Origin: Tubulanus polymorphus
Taxonomy: Eukaryota > Animalia > Nemertea
Direction: 5' to 3'
Length of the DNA stretch: 64,000 nt
Assembly (NCBI RefSeq): GCF_964204645.1
Contig: NC_134026.1
Location: 13,762,050-13,826,049, forward strand
A model generated the notes under the pieces. The model searched no databases. It was not told the DNA's origin and saw only the letters and a list, made by a program, of their open reading frames with translations. Below are positions 49,301 through 59,768 of the stretch, in pieces. The translations under genes were made by a program, and so were the position numbers. Every line of letters begins with the position of its first letter. Position 1 is the stretch's first letter.

Positions 49301-50184
49301 GAAAAGTTAATGGTAACTCAGGAAGATAAATATAATTATGTAGTACATTATAGAATGTTAAAGTTTTATCTAAAACAAGGAATGATCCTAAAAGAAGTAC
49401 ATAGTTATATTTCATTTAGTCAATCTAAGTGGTTAGAAAAATATATAGATTTTAACACCAAACAGAGAACTGAAACTAAAACTGATTTCGAAAAAGATTT
49501 CTTCAAACTAATGAATAATGCATTCTATGGTAAGACTTGTGAAAATATTAGAAATAGAAATGATATTGAGTTAGTTAGTAATGGTAAAAGGATAAGGCAT
49601 TTACAATCATATCCTAAGTTTTTAGGTAACAGAATATTTGATGAAAATTTAGCCGCAGTTAAGATGAGAAGAACATCAATGAAATTTAATAAACCAATCT
49701 ATGTTGGCGCTTCAGTTTTAGAATTATCAAAATTACTAATGTATGAATTCTATTATAATGTATTACAACCACTTTTTGGAGAAAAACATCTTAAATCTTA
49801 TATTTTGATACTGACAGTTACATGTTAAAGATAAAAACTTATAACATAACAGATGATTTAAAAACATTAAAACATCATTTTGATTTCAGTAACTATCCTA
49901 AAGATCAAGAATTGTTTAGCAATGATAATAAAAAAGTTCCTGGTAAATTCAAAGATGAATTTGGTGGTGAAGAAATGATTGAATTCATCGGTATTAGATC
50001 TAAAATGTATTCATATAAAACTAAAGAACATGAAGCTAAAAAGTTAAAAGGAATAACCAAAAGTGTAGTAGAAAAGAATATTCATTTCAAAGATTACATC
50101 AATTGTATTTTCAATGAAGAAGTTAGAAAACATAAAATGAGATGTTTAAGATCTGAAGATCATGAAATGTTTATTGAAATCTAA
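46316..50184 (+). pseudogene. pPolB, multiple frameshifts/stops, C-terminus truncated
   Basis: Zinc fingers, DDKCFLWAII, ExoI YGDFES, RDHDH..AHENCN, ExoII FHNLSGYD, ExoIII YLKSDVLLL, motif A YIDANNLYG, motif B KLMNNAFYGK, motif C YFDTDS (across a frameshift), GKFKDE, KLKG. Stops at EMFIEI without the usual DDKRY-type tail. Confidence 0.95.
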
Positions 50185-50787
50185 TAATGCAGTACCTTAT
50201 ACATCTAATAATGAAATAATATTAAATATTAGTGAAAATAGAAATTATTGTGATTATTGTAAAGGTGAATTTTCAAACGCCCCATCAAATTGGAATAAAC
50301 ATATGAATACAAAGGTACATATTACTAATGTAATAGAACGTGTTGGTTTAAGAGAATTTATAGAACACCCATTTAAATATGTTACAAAGTTTGTTTCAAA
50401 TAAAAAAGTAAATGGTAAAGAATTATATGAAGATTTATTATTAGCAACACCTAATAAAGATCAATTAGATTTAACCGATGCTAATAAAATATTAGGATCA
50501 AGCACTGTAAATGAAATATTAGGAGCAAACACTAATAAAGATGATAATGAAAATATAGTTACAGATAAGCATATTGATAATAAAGATTCTATGAAACATA
50601 AAGTAGAAAATAATGATAAATTTGATTGGATGAATAAGCATAACAATGAAACAACTATTGATGATGCGGTAAAAAGGGCGAAGAATAAGTATAAAAATAA
50701 AAACTATTGATGTAGATTCGGTAGAGCATTTGAATAAATTGTTGGGGCCTGATAGTGAATTGGAGAGTGATGATGAAAGTGATTAAG
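50180..50787 (+). pseudogene. 3' part of a zinc-finger protein fused at the deletion junction
   Basis: CDYC..WNKHMNTKVH within ORF 50162-50710, whose ATG lies inside pPolB. Same position (last + gene before the ATPase) as 11409-12483 in copy B. Confidence 0.6.
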
Positions 50788-51082
50788 ATATTAATTATAT
50801 TTAACTCAAATAATAATATTAGTTGAAAATTGTATAAAATAATAGTAAATAAAAAAGGTGGTTTTAAGTATTTAAGGTATCTAATACATATCTAATACAA
50901 TCTAATACATAAAATATCTTATTTTATAAACTGATATTCATATGGAAATTGAAACCTCAGTAATAATAAATAACCTTTATTATTTTCAAACTTATTCATA
51001 TATTAGTTGAAAAAATAAAAATAAATTGGTTGAAAATTGTATAAATAATATTTATTTTAAAAAAGGGGGTTTTAAGTATTTA

Positions 51083-51205
51083 AGGTATCTAATAGGGTAT
51101 CAGGTAGTAGGGTATCAGGTATTAGGGTATCTAATAGGGTATCAGGTATTAGGGTATCTAATAGGGTATCAGGTATTAGGGTATCTAATAGGGTATCTAA
51201 TACAT
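51083..51205. repeat. GGGTATC(TAATA/AGGTATTA) tandem repeat between convergent gene blocks
   Basis: Alternating 12- and 15-nt units directly visible. Confidence 0.85.
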
Positions 51206-51219
51206 AGGTATACAAATAG

Positions 51220-51876
51220 TTATTTTATAAATTTATATTCATAGGGAAATTGTAGTCTCAGTAATAATTTTGAACCTTTATTATTCTTTAATTTATTCAT
51301 ATATTCATCATGTAATTCAGTAGTGTATAATTGTATAAAAATAGCAATTGATACTTATAATCTAAATTTTCTTTTACTGTTTTAGGATTTAATATAATAA
51401 ACTTTTTTATCTTAACTATATCTCTATTATATGTTTTATTGATTTCATAAGTAGGACAACAGGGGCGGACCCAGAGGGCAAACTTGATTGCCTTCTTAGA
51501 TTTAATAGGGCATATTATTGTAATCATAAGAGGAATTGTCGGCACTTGTATCAGCGAGCCACGCAGCGGCGACGCCCGAATTCCATCGGTAAACCACCAC
51601 TTTGTTTTTGAAAGCATGCAAGAGGCAATCATTTTTTTCTCAGAGTTTAAAAAAAAATCATATACTTTGATAGTTGAAGGGCATTTAAAAATGTTGACTG
51701 CCTTCCGGAAGGCATGGAAGGCAACCTGGATCCGCCCCTGGACAAAATAATATATTATCAAAATGATTCTTATAAATAGTTTCTAACAAATCTAATATGA
51801 AATGTGTTTTACCACAGTTTGTTACCCCAGTAACTAACATATTATGCGGTTCAAATATAAATAAATCTTTATTCAT
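51220..51876 (-). pseudogene. Packaging ATPase, disrupted by a MITE and by a deletion/inversion removing Walker B
   Basis: Walker A GVTNCGKT present. Comparison with 12888-13497 shows loss of about 250 bp and a ~32-bp inverted piece at 51329-51360. Confidence 0.88.
51460..51740. mobile_element. 281-bp MITE inserted in the ATPase gene
   Basis: TIR CAGGGGCGGA(C/T)CCAG / CTGGATCCGCCCCTG with 5-bp duplication GACAA. Removing it restores ILFCPTYEINKTY. Confidence 0.9.
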
Positions 51877-52958
51877 TTATTCTTTTAATTTTACTAGATA
51901 AAATCCATTCATTAAATTTATCATCATATCTTTTATATTTCACCAAAGAATACTTTTTTCCTTTAAGAGTTTTTGTTTTCAATACTTTTTCTATTTTGTA
52001 TTCTATTTCATCTGGGTTTGGTTCAAGTGATAATTCTTGTTCATAGAAATAACCTAATATTTCTTCATCTTTTAGATCTTCTAGTTAATAAACAAATGGT
52101 TTAGTTAATATTATCTTTTTAATCTTGAATATTTCTTCTGTAAAATTAGGGGTATAACCTTTATAAAATGTTTTTCTATATTTAGATATTCTGACATGTT
52201 GCCTAATTTTAAATTTAGGTTCACCGAAATCATGTGTAACAAACGCTCCATATAAGTTATTCCAAACTATTTCTGAATTATCTTCTTTTCTAGCTTGTAT
52301 TGGTTTCATATTTATAGAACTATGTTTAGAATTATTATAACCTTTCACCAAATCATCTAACACATTGATATATTCATATGTTTCATTAGCAGTAAAATAT
52401 TTCCACATTCTAGTTTTCAATGTTTTATTAAATCTTTCTATAATAGATGCTTTTTTATCTGAATGTGTTGAAAAATATTTTACATCGTTATCAGATAATA
52501 GTTTTTTGAAATGTTTGTTATAAAATTCCTTACCTTCATCAAATTGTATCTTATCTGGAATAGCTTCTTTAAATATTGATTTAAAAGCATTTGTTACTTC
52601 TATACCAGTTTTATTTTTGATTGGAATTGACCATGCGTATCTACTGAATATATCTATAACATTTATATCCAGAAATACCCTTTGTTGTTTTCTTCTAAGT
52701 TCTTCATGTCAATTAAATCAGCTTGCCATTGTTGATCGATATATGAAACATAACTTTTCTTGTTAAATAAGTTTTATCCATTTTCTTGTGGATTTGATAT
52801 GTTGGTTGATTTTGTAACCATGATTTTAATTCACCATATTTTATATTACCATTTTCATTATCAGATTTAATTTTATTCCATAATTCTGAAACGTTAGAAT
52901 ATGATACCTCACTCTCTGGGTTATAATATAACTCTCTTAAATATTGTTCTTTTTTCAT
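51870..52958 (-). pseudogene. Polinton rve integrase with chromodomain, frameshifted
   Basis: MKKEQYLRELYYNP, QWQADLIDM, IQFDEGKEF, KASIIERFNKTLK, YNNSKHSSINMKP, FYKGYTPNFTEEIF, YKIEKVLK..LVKY..FNEWI. Confidence 0.92.
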
Positions 52959-52964
52959 CTTATT

Positions 52965-53938
52965 TTAATCCATTAATGATAATTTAGATTTAGTTTCAAT
53001 GACTTTATGATTTGACTTATTTTCTGGTATAATAGGTTTATTATCATTGGAATCATCTTTATCATCAGATTTGAATTTTGATTTATGTATTACACCGGAT
53101 AATATAATAACTGTAACTAATCCAATTGTAATATATAAGTAATTAGTTCTTCCACTATTAGAAGAATTAGATGGATTATTATTTGAATCAATATCAGATA
53201 AAGTCTGTGATTCATTTATATCAGTTAATTTCATTTCTTTTTCTTAGCTTTTTTTAATTCTGAAGATCTTTTACCTAATTCTCTTGCCCATTTAATTTGT
53301 TTCTCGGATCTAAACTTTTTCTTAACTCCATCACTCATTTATTTTAGTTAATTTTTGTTCTGATTCATTTTCTGTTTCGACGTTTGGTTGTAGTACATCT
53401 GTTTCGTTCTTACCTGATTTATATTCCATAGGTTTGATGTTCGAAAATGTTATGACGCCAGTAGAAATTAATGTCATAACCGATCCTAATTGAAATGAAG
53501 CATATCCGACCCATTTTTGTAATTCAGTCATAACTAAGTAGTCATTTTTCAAATCACTATATAATTTATTTCATCATCAATTGGTATTAACTGGTTACAT
53601 AACTTAGAATAACATTTGACAATACCATCTGAAATAGAATCATTTATTTTAGCTAATCTAGCTTCTTCATAAATCTTAAAATATTTTATTACTTTATCTG
53701 GTTTCATAGCATCTAATTCTTGAAAAGTAATAGTCTTAGTTAAAAATTGTTTACACTTTCCGCTAGCAATCAATAGTTCAAGATGGTGTTTACAATATAA
53801 GTAGTATTCATAATCTATATTGTTATTAACTTGAATATTATTTTCAATTTTGGTTGGAATATCCTTATTATCGCTAATACCTAAATCATCTAATGTTTTT
53901 TCAATATCAATACTATTCTTACTCGATTTCTTTGACAT
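52965..53938 (-). pseudogene. Two Polinton hypothetical genes (53938-53331 and 53338-52965), each frameshifted
   Basis: Homologous to 42680-43276 and 43269-43637. Confidence 0.75.
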
Positions 53939-54182
53939 TTATATTAGAGAAATTTGATAAGAAAAATATTATAAGTATTATAAAATGATACCAGTATCTC
54001 TTTAGATTAATACTAGCTTAGTTAAAGGTAAATAATTTTATTATTAGTCATTGTTTTTTTAGTATTTTTTATTTGTGATATAAAGTATTCTTTTTTGAAA
54101 AGAAAATATTAAAAAAACAATAACTAATACTAGTTGAAGATATGTAATTTTTAATACTTTTTATTTAAAATCTATTATTCTT

Positions 54183-54841
54183 TAACCACTCATTAAAGAC
54201 TCAACGTATTGTTCATTATTTGGATTATTGTTCCATTGATCAATAAATTTCTTTGCCTTTGTTAACTGTTCTAAATATAACTGTAAATCTAGTTTATTAG
54301 ATTTGATTTGATTTTCTTTCTTTTAAAGAGGTCTTAAATTTTTCCAACCCCAAATAAGTTTTTTATTGTATTCATCATTCATGTTAAATTTAGATATTGG
54401 TAACACATGATCAATATGGTAATAGTCCCCATAATTATCTATGTTCATTTTATCGTCGAATTGAAAATAATCCATGATTTGAGAAATTCATCTGAACAAC
54501 CCAACAAATGTTTCTGAATGTGTTTCTTTGTTGAATAATTGTGTTAATCTAGATCTTAAGCATTGTTTCAATCTAAAATTAAGATCGGTTTGATATCTTT
54601 TTCTCATATATTCTGCCGTATAATAATTATAATGTTCTATATTATCTTCTCGGTATTGTTTGGTATATAGTTTAGTGCAAGTTTTACAGCAATATTGAAA
54701 ACCATCTTTGCTAATCTTACGCTTACTAAATTCTGTTAAAGCTTATTTATCTAATTCACATTTAGAACACTTCTTGTAGTATATATTTATAACACCAGTG
54801 TTATTTGTAATATTAATACTTTGTGGTTGTTCTGGCTCCAT
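54183..54841 (-). pseudogene. HNH / endonuclease-VII-like nuclease with N-terminal zinc ribbon, frameshifted
   Basis: Reassembled frames: KKCSKC..EFSKRKISKDGFQYCCKTC..TDLNFRLKQCLRSRL..CSDEFLKSW..FDDKMNIDNYGDYYHIDHVLPISKF..WKNLRPL..IKSNK. Confidence 0.75.
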
Positions 54842-55014
54842 TTATTATACATATTTTTTTACTAAATTGGTTAATATTTTAGAATCCTCTTCCATTTCTT
54901 CGACCAACGTCATCCTTTTTCATTCCTCGCTGCTTTTGATCGGTTCGGTTCCTTGATATCTAAATCATACCAGTTACAATACCCGCGTCACATGCGGGCA
55001 TACAGGAGCGCTTT

Positions 55015-55290
55015 TGCTTAATGCGCATGCGTTAATCATAATTATATATTCATTCTATAAATTCTGTAAAATAGAAACAACTGAACACATAAAATATCAA
55101 AACGCGTGTGCACTAGGCAAGACCGGGCATTCAGGCCCGGTTTGGATCAATGCGCATGCGCTAATCATAATTATATATTCATTCTGTAAATAGAAACAAC
55201 CGACATGAAATATCTAAATCATACCACTAGGCAAGACCGGGCATTCTGGCCCGGTTTGGATCAATGCGCATGCGCTAATCATAATTGAAA
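55015..55290. repeat. Three direct repeats carrying TGCGCATGCG(C) and two GC hairpins ACCGGGC..GCCCGGT
   Basis: AATGCGCATGCG(C/T)TAATCATAATT at ~55020, ~55149 and ~55263. CACTAGGCAAGACCGGGCATTC(A/T)GGCCCGGTTTGGATC occurs twice. Confidence 0.85.
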
Positions 55291-56069
55291 CGACTGAACA
55301 TAAAAATTCACCAATCAGATTTACACAATACATTATACAAGTTGTTCAGTCGTTTCTCCCAATACATCATTTTATTTCTATATACAAAATCTATAATTAC
55401 AAACATTTTTTCAATTGCTGGTAAATATTTAACTACATCAACAAATGTTAAACTTAATCATTGGAGTCTCAATGTTTTTGAAATTCTTATATAGTTTCTT
55501 CGTTGATCTTTTGGTGTTTCTTGTGCCAATTTCTATTGGTTCGATATCCATTGCTGTTGATTCCTCAGGCAGAAAGAGTATCTTGAGTTTCTCTATCGCT
55601 TCTTGATGTGTATGACGTTTATTAATCTAAAAGATATTAGCGGTAACTCTAGCTATCTAAAAGATATACAAAATACACTTAAATATATCTAAAGATTTCA
55701 TATTTAATAGCCCTAATAACTACAAAAACAGTACTTACATTTAGATTTAGAATTGTAAACTATAAACTCCTAATTGCGTTTCGAGAGATAGAATATCCTA
55801 AGCGTTATGTTACAGCGTCTATTCAGTTCCGGTGCGATTTCGACATGAACACGTCGTCGATTATGCCACGTCATCTAGTTCCGGTACACCTTCAAGAATG
55901 ATCTAATGTATATGTCTCTGCAGCATACTATGACTTATATGTCTCGGCGTCATAGTAACAGCTGTTACAGCTGTGAATTTATAGATTTATTCCATAGCTC
56001 TTTACATGGAATGTATATAGGCTCAAATAGAATCATGTTCTAGTATAAACAGCTATATATTATATCATG

Positions 56070-56457
56070 TATATATGTATTATTTCAATCACACTTTACT
56101 AACACTTTTAATGTTTAAAAATCTAACTCATACAAATATGAATATTGAAATAATGTTTAAAATATATCTATATATCTATTCTATAAGAGCTCACACTTTT
56201 ATATAGAATAATCTGTCAATTTAAATGTTTTTCATTTATATTTTATTCATGTATATGAATATTTTAAGAGTAATAGGGGTAATGGGCTTTCAGGCTAAAG
56301 GTTGAAGGGGCTAGTGAGTAAAAAATGAAAATAACAATAATTTCCTGTTGAATTAGGAGTGTGCGCGACTAATTCAACTGGAAATTATTGTTATTTTCAT
56401 TTATTTACGAGCTCGACCCTTCGACCTTTGGCCTGAAAGCCCATTACCCCTATTACT
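56070..56457 (-). repeat. Right TIR; outer 189 bp (56269-56457) is a fold-back palindrome
   Basis: Mirror of the left TIR, including the asymmetric apex GAGTGTGCGCGA and the arm mismatches. Confidence 0.95.
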
Positions 56458-56463
56458 AGTACA

Positions 56464-56640
56464 TTTTATTGTAAATAATCTTATACCGGCACTATTTCTG
56501 TATAGCCTTATCGCAGTCATTTCCTAAGGTCCAGTATAAATACTGCTGTACTCTTAACTCTATGAAACAGTTCAAAATAAACTCCATATATTGCAGTTCT
56601 AGTCTTCAGTTCTTGCCTCAGGCCAGTTTTTGCGTTCACA
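56464..56640 (+). repeat. Right part of the BEL/Pao 5' LTR
   Basis: TATAAATA (~56535), AATAAA (~56576), ends ...TTCACA immediately before the PBS. Confidence 0.75.
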
Positions 56641-56643
56641 TTT

Positions 56644-56660
56644 TGGTCCCTCGAGCCGGA
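56644..56660 (+). promoter_or_regulatory. Primer-binding site complementary to tRNA-Tyr 3' end
   Basis: TGGTCCCTCGAGCCGGA is one mismatch from TGGTCCTTCGAGCCGGA (complement of the animal tRNA-Tyr 3' end, from recall). Located 3 nt after the LTR end. Confidence 0.8.
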
Positions 56661-56663
56661 CAC

Positions 56664-58112
56664 ATGGAGGGAGAGCTGGAGGCTAAACTCAGAAAGCTAC
56701 GTCGTGCCCGTGGGGCCAAGAAGGGTACCTTTACCCGACGATGCAACAAGTCTTCAGACCGTGTGGCGATGGAAACTTCTCGTGAAAAACTCGAAGCCGT
56801 TTTACTGGAGATCGATGAAGCCGTGAATGAGATCTACGCTGTCAATGAAGAACTGGTATGCCTCCTCGAAACTGATGCCGAGATTGAAGCCGAAGACCAA
56901 TATATGGATGCAGTAGATACACACCACCGAACTATCGTCCAGATGATTACCATAGACAGCAAAAACCAGTCGACACATCGATTAAGTGATACTGCTACCG
57001 AAGATGATGACCGCGCCGAAGATGAATACGACGATGACCAGCCATTGCCCTTGCCGTCCAGACAACCGCATGCAGGTGACCCTGCAGAATGGCCACGATG
57101 GTATGGTCTGTTTTGCTCTAAAGTTGATCGCCAGGTGGCTTTAACAGATGACGAAAAGATGACCCACCTTCAGAATTCCGTCGCCGGTCCACCGCAGAAG
57201 TTAATTGCCGGCAGGCTATTTGATGGTCGACTTTATGGTGACGCTCTTCACGCACTGATGAACAGATACGGCAAAGAAAATGATATTGTCCATGCTTGTT
57301 TTAGAGCCGTTTTTGACCACCCGCCGCTCAAAGTGCACGATGCCACAGCACTAAAGAACTTCCACGGAGCAGTCCATTCAGCCGTGACCACTTTGAGGAC
57401 CCTTGGTTTTGATGGTGATCTGTCGAGTGCTGAAAATCTACGTAGAATTCTTCAAAAGCTACCGTTAGACTTGAAGCGTGACTGGGGAAAGCAAGCACTC
57501 GAGATTGAAGCTGCACGCCAACGTCCGACCCTTATCCATTTCAACGACTGGTTGTCACTTCAACTGAGAGTCCTGCTCAGCTACGTTGATGTCCAGAAGA
57601 GCGATGATCATCATGGCAGAAATTCAAGGACGAGTGGCTGTAAATCCGTGTTGCAGACTGAAGCTGACTCTAGTACTGATGATGTCCCATCTTCACATGC
57701 TACTGGTAAACCTACAACTTGGAAGAAAGACGTCTGCCCTTGCTGCAAACAGACTCACACACTGATGATGTGCCGAATTTTTAAATCGAAAACCGTGGAT
57801 GATCGAGCTCGTTTTGTTGCTGACAGCAGTCTATGCTTCTCGTGTCTACGTCCAGGACACAGGTCACGTTTCTGCCGTTCCAAGAAGACTTGCAGTGTTC
57901 CCGAATGCAGATTGAAGCACCACCCGATGTTACATGGAAACAGCCGCGTTTATCCATTCAGATCTAGCACAGGTGTCAGCACCTTGGCCGCCACCTCCTC
58001 TGACACAACAGAACGAAAGATTGCCGCGTTTACAAATAAGTCTAAAGAAGTGTTACTTCAAGTGGTACCGATCAGAGTTCAAGGTGAAAATGGTGAAACG
58101 GCTGACACACTG
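56664..58112 (+). pseudogene. BEL/Pao gag (DUF1759-like capsid region + three Cys/His knuckles), truncated at the protease start
   Basis: GDPAEWPRWYGLF..EKMTHLQNSV..ALHALMNRYG, LQKLP..W, CPCC..H..C, CFSCLRPGHRSRFC, CSVPEC..HHPMLH, VLLQVVPIRV. ATG at 56664 follows the PBS. Confidence 0.88.
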
Positions 58113-58404
58113 AGCTCTGTTAGCGGAGACAGCTGCGAACCCGGAGACCAGTCCTGCATTGGAAACACGTCCACCAGTGTTTCCAAAGATCACCCCACCA
58201 GACCTCCCTGCTGCCTCAAAAAGAAAGTATACGTCAGACGACCGATTGACCCTCCATTGTGAGTTGATGGCATCTCAAAAAGAAACAGAGAAGATGAAAC
58301 GACGGAAACTAGCCCTTGAAATAAAAAAACTGGAAATGGAAATTAGCGCCTTGGAAGCCCAACAAAACCTTTTTACGATTTGTGAGATAACTGGAGAAAA
58401 ATAA
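58113..58404 (+). pseudogene. 3' tail of a PIF/Harbinger Myb/SANT-type accessory ORF
   Basis: Coiled-coil tail (LHCELMASQKETEKMKRRKLALEIKKLEMEI) converging on a Harbinger transposase, the usual arrangement in this superfamily. Confidence 0.55.
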
Positions 58405-58553
58405 AGAATCATTGTAAATTAAATATTATTAATATATATTGCATTACTGGATGTATATACGTACATGAAATTAATTAAAATATAATTTATTTGTTTTTGA
58501 ACTCTTTTAACTAAAATTATACGAACAATGATTCCATACATAAGTTGATTGTT

Positions 58554-58962
58554 TTATTCGAAATGTCTTTGAGCGAACATTGCCCTGTATGCAATACCAT
58601 GAAGGTGACCACCATCTACTGCCTCCTCTTCTCCATCATCTTCCTCGTGACCATCCATGCCCATCATCATTGGTTCCGGTTCCTGTAAATCAAGAGCTAT
58701 GTTGTGTAGGACCATGCACGCTACGATAATTTTGCACACTCGATCAGGTGACATTCGAATTTCTCCATGCAAGGCATGAAATCGACGTTTCAAAATTCCA
58801 AATGCCCTCTCGATGATACATCTTGTTGTTTTGAGTGACCTGTTGTACCTCCTCTCCGCACGAGTTCGAGGTTCCATAAATGGTGTAAGTAGGAAACGCC
58901 GACACGCGTAGCCGCTGTCGCCAAGAATCACCCCATTATATTCCGGGTGCTCTTCTAAATAC
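58554..58962 (-). pseudogene. PIF/Harbinger (HARBI1-like) transposase last exon
   Basis: ILGDSGY..LLTPF..ERRYN..TRCIIERAFGILKRRF..IIVACMVLHNIA. Acceptor CTTTCAG precedes 58962 on the minus strand. Confidence 0.9.
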
Positions 58963-59608
58963 CTGAAAGGACATGGGAAAGGTTATTTTTTCGATATAGC
59001 GATGCAATTCAGGCCATATTTTTTAATCCAATGTCCCTGATTCAAGGGAGTGTAAGAAACAAGTTATTATAGGCCATATGTCTCTCTCATAGATCTCATG
59101 ATCCAGCGGGTGTAAAAGTGGGCCGAAAAAATGAAATTTTTATGAACGAATAAATACGTACTGCAATGTCAAGATATTTTCCCATTAAAATTATAATTGA
59201 TCCAACCTATCGACTAGACACACCTGCTAAGAGGAGATGATCGAAATATGTGGCTGTCATGGGTTGATCCTGGCCATTTAGCGACAACGTTAATAAAGCG
59301 AGCTGAAAAATAAAAGAAATATTGTTGTTAATTGCTTTGGGAAAACACATTTATAATACCTGTTTGGCTACTACTTAATCTGCAAAGTGGGGTTTTCAGG
59401 AAAACAAATGCACAAAAAAACTTTAAACTGAATGAACATTCTAGTGAATTGAAATCAAACGAAGGGATAATATGCAGTAACTTTCGGCAAATTTAATTAC
59501 ATCAAAAATCTAGGTGGATTAGCGGTAGGCCCTATTTAACAATTGCATTCACTTCAAAACACTTAGGACTCATATCCCGCACGCATTTTTGCAGTTTGAT
59601 AAACATTT

Positions 59609-59768
59609 TGTGACACTTAGGTAAATTAAGCAATTAAAATCCCGTACCGAAAGATAACTGACTACAAAGTCTCTTTATTCAGCCACGTAACTACATCCGG
59701 CCTACACTAGGTTACATAAACAACCTAACACTAATACACTGACGTAAGACACTACTTTCCCTCCTTTT
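59609..59768 (-). repeat. Probable Gypsy 3' LTR (~59609-59754) with polypurine tract (59755-59768)
   Basis: Minus strand AAAAGGAGGGAAAG, then ~146 bp containing AATAAA and ending GTGTCACA. The canonical TG start is not clean and the 5' LTR is unavailable for confirmation. Confidence 0.5.

Larger units (their letters stand above)
45884..56457 (+). mobile_element. Polinton/Maverick copy D, 10,574 bp, both termini, 6-bp TSD, capsid block absent
   Basis: TIRs at 45884-~46268 and ~56070-56457 start AGT. TSD AGTACA at 45878-45883 and 56458-56463. Encodes pPolB, ATPase, integrase and HNH remnants. Confidence 0.96.

Noticed and set aside
51297-51761. ORFs 51297-51761 and 51484-51750
   Set aside because: Products of the MITE insertion read with ATPase fragments.
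56269-56457. Parvovirus/poxvirus-style flip-flop isomers between the two ends
   Set aside because: The right hairpin is the plain reverse complement of the left, including apex and mismatches. No inversion is seen in this copy.
56562-58262. 566-aa ORF as a single gene
   Set aside because: The first 34 codons are LTR/PBS sequence, and the last ~50 read out of frame through Harbinger DNA after a truncation junction.
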